Notes under the pieces: generated by a model
Told to the model about the DNA's origin: nothing
What the model saw: the letters and a program-made list of their open reading frames with translations, nothing else
Databases searched by the model: none
Part shown: one piece after another, positions 1-6,066 of the stretch
Layout of the letters: every line of letters starts with the position of its first letter
Position numbering within the stretch: position 1 is the first letter of the stretch
Program-made: the position numbers and the translations under genes
Assembly: GCA_018985225.1 (NCBI GenBank)
Contig: JADGIF010000605.1
Location: 1-6,066, forward strand
Length of the DNA: 6,066 bases
Origin: Amoeboradix gromovi X-113
Taxonomy: Eukaryota; Fungi; Sanchytriomycota
Direction of reading: 5' to 3'

Positions 1-131
1 TTTATTTTGAAAAGAGGAATACAATCAATGAAAGAAAATTGGTATAATAGAAGAAGATCTTTTGTTAATGACAGCATATCCTCCGTATGGTGCACATCCT
101 TTAAAAACGAGTTAGTCTAGTTTTTATATTT

Positions 132-179
132 GGTGTCCCATATTATGTGGGTGTCCCATATAACAATGGTGTCTACCCC
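132..179 (+). repeat. Short 18-nt-period tandem repeat (GGTGTCCCATAT x2 plus degenerate GGTGTCTACCCC)
   Basis: Copies at 132-143, 150-161 and 168-179; they read GVPYYV-GVPYNN-GVYP in the frame of ORF 189..512. Confidence 0.7.
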
Positions 180-188
180 TTGCTGCAA

Positions 189-512
189 ATGAACAACAGC
201 AAACCATATTACTATGACCGATACAACGGCTTTGATCCCAACGTGGAAGAAATAATTGAAAATGATGACGAGCCATCTTTGAGAGATCATTTTTTTAAAA
301 TAAAATGCCGAATCTGGATGTGCTGTAGTGTTTTATTTATGATTTTTGCACTGTCATGTTTGATTGCTGTAATCGTGTTGGACTCAAGTGAGCCTGACTA
401 CAATAAGAGGCACCATTCTAGCTATTATGTATTTGTTGGGATGTCATGTTCTTTGGTTCTTGCTTTAGTTACCTTTGGGATAGCAATGACCCAAGTTGAA
501 AATACAAAGTAA
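189..512 (+). CDS. Hypothetical small membrane protein with two C-terminal TM helices (107 aa from ATG 189; the 5' end may extend upstream)
   Basis: The frame is open from 105 and the first in-frame ATG is at 189 (the track's 147 start is GTG). A Tyr/Asn/acidic N-terminus is followed by hydrophobic stretches IWMCCSVLFMIFALSCLIAVIVL and YYVFVGMSCSLVLALVTFGIAM. AATAAA (513-518) follows the TAA directly. No family recognised. Confidence 0.6.
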   Translation: MNNSKPYYYDRYNGFDPNVEEIIENDDEPSLRDHFFKIKCRIWMCCSVLFMIFALSCLIAVIVLDSSEPDYNKRHHSSYYVFVGMSCSLVLALVTFGIAMTQVENTK

Positions 513-612
513 AATAAACTTTTATTTAAGTTTTATAATAACTTTTGGCAACTAGTTAACACTGTATAACTGTTATTTGATCATATGCCGAACACATTTG
601 AGACTAAAATAC

Positions 613-978
613 ATGTGCTTGAAATTACAAAATAAACCAATATCTCCCATGAGGGAAACGAAAGATACTGATGAAAGCAACAGTAGCAGAGATCCGCATA
701 GTCTGTCCTTATCTATCTCCAGCAGTGACATGGATTGGGAATCTAATCCTGCACCAGTATATGAAAGTCCCTGGAATGCAATATTAAATTTGAACAAACG
801 CAAGATTGTATCCAATGCTTTTTCTTACGTTTTCGGCACTGCTACTGTAGCCCTGTTTGTAATTGCAATGATATTTCGAAACCAGAAAATCATTAGCTCG
901 ATATTGTGGATCTCAATGGGTACTTGCTTAATTTTGACCACCTCATCAGTAGTGCATAACAACTGCTATAGAAAATAA
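613..978 (+). CDS. Hypothetical small membrane protein with two C-terminal TM helices (start ATG 613 or 649)
   Basis: The track start at 577 is TTG; in-frame ATGs lie at 613 and 649. A Ser/Asp-rich polar N-terminus precedes AFSYVFGTATVALFVIAMIF and IISSILWISMGTCLILTTSSVV. AATAAA at 1007-1012. Confidence 0.55.
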   Translation: MCLKLQNKPISPMRETKDTDESNSSRDPHSLSLSISSSDMDWESNPAPVYESPWNAILNLNKRKIVSNAFSYVFGTATVALFVIAMIFRNQKIISSILWISMGTCLILTTSSVVHNNCYRK

Positions 979-1214
979 CTGGTTCCAAACGATTCCTAGT
1001 AAATGAAATAAATGTGATTGTATTTCAGAGCGAACTCGTCTTCTTTCAAGGCAAAAGCAACTTAATAAATCATTATGCATAAGCAAAGCCAATTCCTACT
1101 GAACGCAACAAGTTCTCGCCATCCTGTATCTCGGAGGGCTGGTTTTTTGTACAATGCTACGATATGGCAGCGCTCCTAAACATGGATCAACAAGCAAAGA
1201 GCTGCTGTAGAACC

Positions 1215-1222
1215 TATAAAAA
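1215..1222 (+). promoter_or_regulatory. Candidate TATA box (TATAAAAA)
   Basis: Consensus TATAWAWR about 130 nt upstream of ATG 1348. AT-rich background makes a chance match possible. Confidence 0.3.
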
Positions 1223-1347
1223 GTCGGCATGCCAAAAAGCCGACCTTAAAACAGCTGCTCATCTAGCATAGTTAAAGTGCACACCATCAGGAAGAGTTAT
1301 CCAAAGCAGAGGGCTAGTTTCTAACTTAATGTCTCAAGTTTTGTTGT

Positions 1348-1896
1348 ATGCTCTTGACTCCAGTCAAAACACAAATGTCTTTTGATAATATTTCCAATCC
1401 CACAAATTTAGAAACCTCACGTTCAAACGATTCAAATCCTCAATCACCTCGTTCTGTTAACAAAACTAGTTTATTTCTTGGTTTTAACAAATTCTTTGGA
1501 TTCAAACATCTCAACTCTAAAAATAATACTCAGGATCTGTCGGAAATGGTTTTTGAGCAGGAATTATCAAAGGAACCTCATGATGCTATCGAATTAAATG
1601 TGCCAGCTACGAAAGGGGATCTAATCTCTAAATTCCTCTCAGTATTTTGCATTTCCGCTTTGGTAACTGTTTTCATTCTTGCAGGGCTCTATTCTCATTA
1701 TTCATCCTTGTCTAATAATTTTAATTTCAGCTGCAACAATCTTGGTAAAACCAAGTATTGCAGTGAAGCGTTACGGTGCTCTAAACTAGTTGATAGCCTT
1801 GCTGTTGCGATTATATGCCTAATTTGCGTCTTTGCGATCTCTCTATTTCTCAGGACCTTTAAAAGTAAATTTGTTACAGTTTATTACCGCAGTTAG
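1348..1896 (+). CDS. Hypothetical membrane protein, 182 aa, two C-terminal TM helices flanking a Cys-containing loop
   Basis: ATG..TAG ORF (alternative ATG at 1375). Ser/Asn/Pro-rich N-terminus; TM FLSVFCISALVTVFILAGLY; loop NFSCNNLGKTKYCSEALRC with an NFS sequon; TM LAVAIICLICVFAISLFL. Confidence 0.65.
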   Translation: MLLTPVKTQMSFDNISNPTNLETSRSNDSNPQSPRSVNKTSLFLGFNKFFGFKHLNSKNNTQDLSEMVFEQELSKEPHDAIELNVPATKGDLISKFLSVFCISALVTVFILAGLYSHYSSLSNNFNFSCNNLGKTKYCSEALRCSKLVDSLAVAIICLICVFAISLFLRTFKSKFVTVYYRS

Positions 1897-2252
1897 CTTG
1901 CTTCAAGTAGAATTCAATTTAGGCGCGAGACATTGCAGGAATAAGACGTTTCATATACCGGAGGTATTTAGCATTAGTCCTGGCAATATTTGTTCTAAGA
2001 ATCTCAAAAGCCCATTGCTTCTGCTTTGCCATAAATCCTACTGAATCTTTTTGCATATCTTTGATTTTGTTGATATTTTGTATAGATTGAAGACCAGTTT
2101 GCCACTCCTAGACCAAGGTTGGTTTACGTCTACTTATTCTTGTGTGCGCAAAATTTGGGCATGACATTCTGGTGGGAATTGACCTTGTTTTCAAGATCTA
2201 TGATACCAAGTGTAATCAGCTTTCAAATTTAAATACAATATTTACTAGAATG

Positions 2253-2717
2253 CTACTCTAATGGCTCGTAAGAATTCTTTAAATTTTCAACAAATTGAGG
2301 TGTATTCCACAATTCTACATTAGTTGCATAATTACTACTAGCTTCTCCGTTTAGCGGTGAATTGCAGTTCGGATCGCTTAACAAGCTTTGAATAGACAAC
2401 AGCATGCTCTGCAGACTGTACGCAGGACTCCATTTTTCATTTAAAATGTCCAGACAAATTTGCCCATGACTGTTTATGTTTGGATGATAACAATAATTAA
2501 TAAACTTTACCAGAGGTGGCTGAAAAGGATAGTTTAAAGGGATTTTGATGCTCAATTTGTAATCTAGCCCTTTGTAAATTTCACAAGTTCCAGAAATTAT
2601 AGCTGTCCATTCCATGAGGGATTCCTCTGGAAAAAGGTCAATTAGCTCAACGGGATTCAATAGGCTTTCATTGAATTCTTTGTTTAATCTTTTGATAATT
2701 CCAGAAGAGTTGATCAT
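2253..2717 (-). CDS. Ubiquitin-conjugating enzyme E2, UBE2C/Ubc11-like; proposed complement(join(2253..2314,2336..2717)), 147 aa
   Basis: UBC motifs: KRLNKEF helix, [26 protein letters not shown] (HPN plus catalytic Cys), [22 protein letters not shown] and CYHPN resemble the UBE2C/Ubc11 subfamily, though the subfamily call is tentative. The first ATG is at 2717 (the track start at 2720 is TTG). Confidence 0.95.
   Translation of the reverse strand: MINSSGIIKRLNKEFNESLLNPVELIDLFPEESLMEWTAIISGTCEIYKGLDYKLSIKIPLNYPFQPPLVKFINYCYHPNINSHGQICLDILNEKWSPAYSLQSMLLSIQSLLSDPNCNSPLNGEASSNYATNVELWNTPQFVENLKNSYEPLE
2315..2335 (-). other. 21-nt spliceosomal intron (in-frame, stopless) in the E2 gene
   Basis: The - strand reads GTAATTATGCAACTAATGTAG. 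Splicing turns [17 protein letters not shown] into PLNGEASKLW, which matches the family spacing PLNxEAAxLW. Confidence 0.8.
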
Positions 2718-2894
2718 CAAGGTTGAGATGAGTGGCCTAGAAAAAGACGTCTGCTCTTGTCATGAGATTTTAGTAGAAACTATTTTTTGTAGAATAACTC
2801 GCATAAAATTTATAGAACGGCAATGTGTCGTTAGTAGATTAAATATTTTAGTAGGTTTCTAGTGATTTTATTCCAGAACATACATCCCGCTACC

Positions 2895-2987
2895 AACCAA
2901 TTAAAGTTTTCCAAAAAATAAACGGGGTTTTAACCAATTGCATAAATTTTGTGTTATTTTACGCACGCTTTGTAATTAGAACCAATT
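2895..2987. promoter_or_regulatory. Three copies of AACCAATT (candidate CCAAT boxes) in the divergent E2/prominin intergenic region
   Basis: Exact 8-mer at 2895-2902, 2932-2939 and 2980-2987. Confidence 0.45.
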
Positions 2988-3491
2988 TCGGACGAATACC
3001 ATAGAGATAAATACTCAGGCAAAAATATGCTAAGGTGTTATCGTCCCAAGTTTTATACACTTTAGAATTGTGAGCTCTGGTTTTTTTCAGACATTCACAT
3101 TTAAATTAGTCGTATAATGATGAGCAAGTTTCCCATGAACCAAAAGATAAATACCAAATATCTTGTTTTTTGTGTTTGAGCAAATGCTTTGCCTCGTTCA
3201 TGCATATTGCGTAGTCAAATTACATTTTATTTATTATAAAAAAGCCTGCTACAGTTTTACATGCCAATATCAGTCAAGAGAAAATGCTAATTAGATTTAT
3301 TCAAATGTTGCAACTAAAGTCATAAGACAATCAAGATATTAACTTGCTCACAATGTGAATCTTTCCACATAGATTTTCTACCACTAAGCAACATGAGGTT
3401 TTAGAAACTGACATTTAAACATGCTTAAATAAAAATGAATGCCTTTTACGTGTTATTATCAGAAAAAAACTGAATTGGCAAGCCACAGTTT

Positions 3492-5870
3492 ATGTTCTTT
3501 CTCATCGCGTCCATTTTGGTAAGCGGTGCTTTTATACACGATTTGGAAAAAAGAGACTCTGCAGTAACACTAAATATTAATGCATTACCGCAAGCAACGT
3601 TAAACAGCTACAAAGCTAGTGCAGGTAACGCCTTATTCTGGGAAGCAATGGGAGTCCAGGCTGTTTCTAATGCTAGAGGATCAAAGCCATTTCAGTATAA
3701 CAAATACGTATCTGGTACTACCCCAAATACAAGTTTACTTATGAGTGATTACAGCCAAGTAGGAGGATTTTTGGCAGTCTGTATAATTGGTGCAGCACTA
3801 TGCTTTTTAGGAACAGCAGGAATGATTATTTTCTGTTTAATACGTCAGCCAAAAAGACTAGACCCTGATGATGTTACTATCAAAAAGAAGATTACTGCAG
3901 TATTATGTTTGACCTTTGTTACATTGCTAACCGTGTTTTTAATTTTTGTTTGCTTAGGAAGTCTTAGTGATTATACAACTGGAATGAGCTATGCTAACCT
4001 AGCTGCCGGTTCTGTGATACAGAGTGGTACTACAATGTTACAGTCCACAAAAGTTAATATTGGGACTGTGTTTCAGGATTTCAATGTCAATACTGACGAA
4101 ATGCTTGAAGACTTGAGAGAAAAGGTCAACATTGACATAGATTCAATATATAATGAAATGCACACTGATGGTGTTTCTGTTGATATGTATTTGGATAACT
4201 CAAAGACCAGTGTTCTTTTGGGCAAGGAAGCTGCCGAAACTATCATAAATGCAGGTCTTAACACTAGCGTAACAATAAAAAATTTACGCGAGAATTTTAA
4301 TAACTATTTAGCAGCTGTTGAATATTTGGACGGTACTATGGAAGACCCAGATGATAATACTATTAGATTTTCCGTTTCCCGTCCAAATCAGTATCAGTAC
4401 GCAGCTGTACGTTATCCTGATATTGATACGTTCGATCCAGAACTTTCTGGTAATTTATCAGTGATCCGTAACAGCTTTGACATTAACGTTCCGACAAGAA
4501 TGATTGGAGCCGCAATTGACCATAAGCTGGATCAGCTAAAAATAAAGACAAACATCACTTTAAACGATACCTACTGGGGTATATTAAAAGCCATAAACAG
4601 TACGCAGAACGATCTAACAGATTTATTTAATTCTGTTGATAGCAGTGCCTTGAAATCTCAATATGACACATTTAATTCAAATAGTATTGCAAATACTTCT
4701 ACTTCGGACTATTATAGTATTGGAATATATATATTCTTCGGAGTTCTTGCATTTCTGTTACTTGTGACAGGTGTAACGATATCTTTGAAAATGACAAAGG
4801 TAGCTATGGGGTCATTGTGCAGTATTTTATTCCTTACAATATTCTGTTTTGTTATATCATTCGTATTTTATGTTTTCGCCTTCTTAGCAGGGGACTCTTG
4901 CATGTACCTTGACAAGAATACAGAGTCACTAAAGTTTGTTAATCCGGATGTTGCAAGCTACACTTCAGCAGGGCTCGCAGCTAAAAGCAAATGCAATAAG
5001 CGTTATGATGTTTATCAGATTTTACAAGACCCTAATGTACAATCATTGTTACCAAGCGGCTTTAACCAGTCTGTGTTAAACATTCAGTCCTTAGTCGAAG
5101 AGAAAATAGACAGCGAAATAAAATTTGCGGCATTTAGAGACGAAATAAACCAGGATGCTTACGATTTCTCGGAATTTGTCAACTTCCATTCTGATGTCGC
5201 AGGCTTAAACTTTACGGATTCAAGTGAAATTCTTGGGAAATTACCAGGAACTGCCAAATACCAGATCTACTTAACAGTGAACAAGACAGTGGCGTCTCTT
5301 AAAAACGATGCATCTTTGGGAATCGAAAAAATATCCGATGAATCTACATTGGGAGTATCTGATGGAGAACTTCAATACTTTAGAAAGCTGGTTGCCATCC
5401 ATCTAGATAGGTTTGGGTCCTTTAAAAACTTCTACGACCAATTTAATTCAAGCAGAATTGCAGCGTACAACGGGGCTATTAACATTCCGTCTTACAAAGA
5501 TCAAGCTATAAACAACATTACGAGTGCAAATGTTTTGCTAGCAAACGTTACTGATAGGTACTCTGAACTTATAGATGTAGCGAAAACAAGATTATCTGGG
5601 TACTATTCGGAAGTTAAAACAAACATTACTCAATTAATAATCCAGAAAATTGTCGATGGTTTAGTAAACAAAAATTGTGCACCAATGGTAAAGGCGGTTG
5701 ATGCAATGACAACATCTATATGTCAAGTCGCACTGTAAGATATATACTAATTTAGCTATGGACTAAATGGCTTGTGGCTATCATTTGTTTGCTTAGGGTT
5801 TAGTTTAATCCTTTTGGTACTTGCTGTGTATTTCGTACATTTGTATTTTAACCCCATCGCTATTAAATAA
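3492..5870 (+). CDS. Prominin-like (CD133 family) five-TM glycoprotein; proposed join(3492..5734,5756..5870), 785 aa
   Basis: Signal peptide MFFLIASILVSG; a TM1/TM2 pair; a large N-glycosylated loop; a TM3/TM4 pair ending in AGDSC; a second large loop; then NCAPMVKAVDAMTTSICQ. After splicing it continues VALYGLNGLWLSFVCLGFSLILLVLAVYFVHLYFNPIAIK*, matching the prominin C...C...LNGFW-TM5 signature. Confidence 0.85.
5735..5755 (+). other. 21-nt spliceosomal intron containing two in-frame TAA stops in the prominin-like gene
   Basis: GTAAGATATATACTAATTTAG has a GTAAG donor, an ACTAAT branch point and a TAG acceptor. The same frame resumes with the conserved LNGLW motif and TM5. Confidence 0.92.
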
Positions 5871-5902
5871 ACACTCTTAACTCTACTTTCTTTTTGGTAC
5901 GC

Positions 5903-5907
5903 AAAAA
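5903..5907 (-). terminator. RNA polymerase III oligo-T terminator of the tRNA
   Basis: TTTTT on the - strand, separated from the tRNA discriminator base by one nucleotide. Confidence 0.75.
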
Positions 5908-5908
5908 T

Positions 5909-5980
5909 CTCCGCCACGGGGAATCGAACCCCGGCCACCTACGTGAGAGGCAGGTATCCTAACCACTGGACCATGGCGGA
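5909..5980 (-). tRNA. tRNA-Glu (anticodon CTC), intronless, CCA not encoded
   Basis: The - strand reads TCCGCCATGGTCCAGTGGTTAGGATACCTGCCTCTCACGTAGGTGGCCGGGGTTCGATTCCCCGTGGCGGAG. Acceptor stem TCCGCCA/TGGCGGA; anticodon arm CCTGC-CT-CTC-AC-GTAGG (anticodon at 5947-5945); T-loop GGTTCGATTCC. Confidence 0.97.
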
Positions 5981-6066
5981 TAAGTGCATTGAAATTTACA
6001 ATTTTAAATGTCTACAGACTTTAGTGCAGTAATGTACCGCAACAACATTTGGGACACCAAATATAA

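Noticed and set aside
573-815. 80-aa - strand ORF
   Set aside because: Antisense shadow of the two-TM ORF at 613..978, with no recognisable features.
1770-1789. GTTACG...CTAAACTAG as a 20-nt intron in ORF3
   Set aside because: The donor is poor, and removal would frameshift away the second TM helix.
1832-2044. 70-aa + strand ORF
   Set aside because: Non-ATG start, overlaps the end of ORF3 in another frame, no motifs.
2614-2862. 82-aa + strand ORF
   Set aside because: Antisense to the 5' end and promoter of the E2 gene, no protein-like features.
3128-3391. RFX X-box-like sequences upstream of prominin (GTTTCCCATGAAC, GTTGCAAC, AGCAAC)
   Set aside because: Only half-sites or wrong spacing; none matches the full X-box consensus.
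3441-3449. GCCTTTTAC, identical to the U5 snRNA loop I core
   Set aside because: The flanks form no convincing stem, there is no downstream Sm site, and it lies only about 40 nt before the prominin ATG.
3519-3553. GTAAGC donor-like site in the prominin signal peptide region
   Set aside because: No CTAA branch or matching acceptor at template distance, and the unspliced reading gives a coherent signal peptide and propeptide.
4073-4264. 63-aa - strand ORF
   Set aside because: Antisense shadow within the prominin-like CDS.
5736-5750. TAA reassigned to Gln (ciliate-type code) or stop readthrough as the explanation for the prominin interruption
   Set aside because: The preceding 748 codons contain no TAA/TAG despite many Gln residues, other genes end cleanly at TAA/TAG, and the stops lie inside a canonical GT..ACTAAT.TAG unit.
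5756-5938. 60-aa - strand ORF
   Set aside because: Starts at a GTG inside the tRNA and is antisense to prominin exon 2.

Overview
AT-rich, gene-dense eukaryotic DNA in the standard genetic code; the organism cannot be named from sequence alone, but a compact zoosporic-fungus-like or protist genome fits. Contents: three tandem + strand orphan ORFs, each with a hydrophilic N-terminus and two C-terminal transmembrane helices; a - strand UBE2C/Ubc11-like ubiquitin-conjugating E2; a divergent intergenic region with three copies of AACCAATT; a + strand five-TM prominin-like glycoprotein; and a convergent tRNA-Glu(CTC). The main observation is that both recognisable genes appear to carry a 21-nt spliceosomal micro-intron of identical layout, GTAA-N7-ACTAAT-N-TAG (5735..5755 + and 2315..2335 -). 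The ORF track misses both. Removing them restores the fifth prominin TM helix and the canonical E2 PLNxEAxxLW motif.
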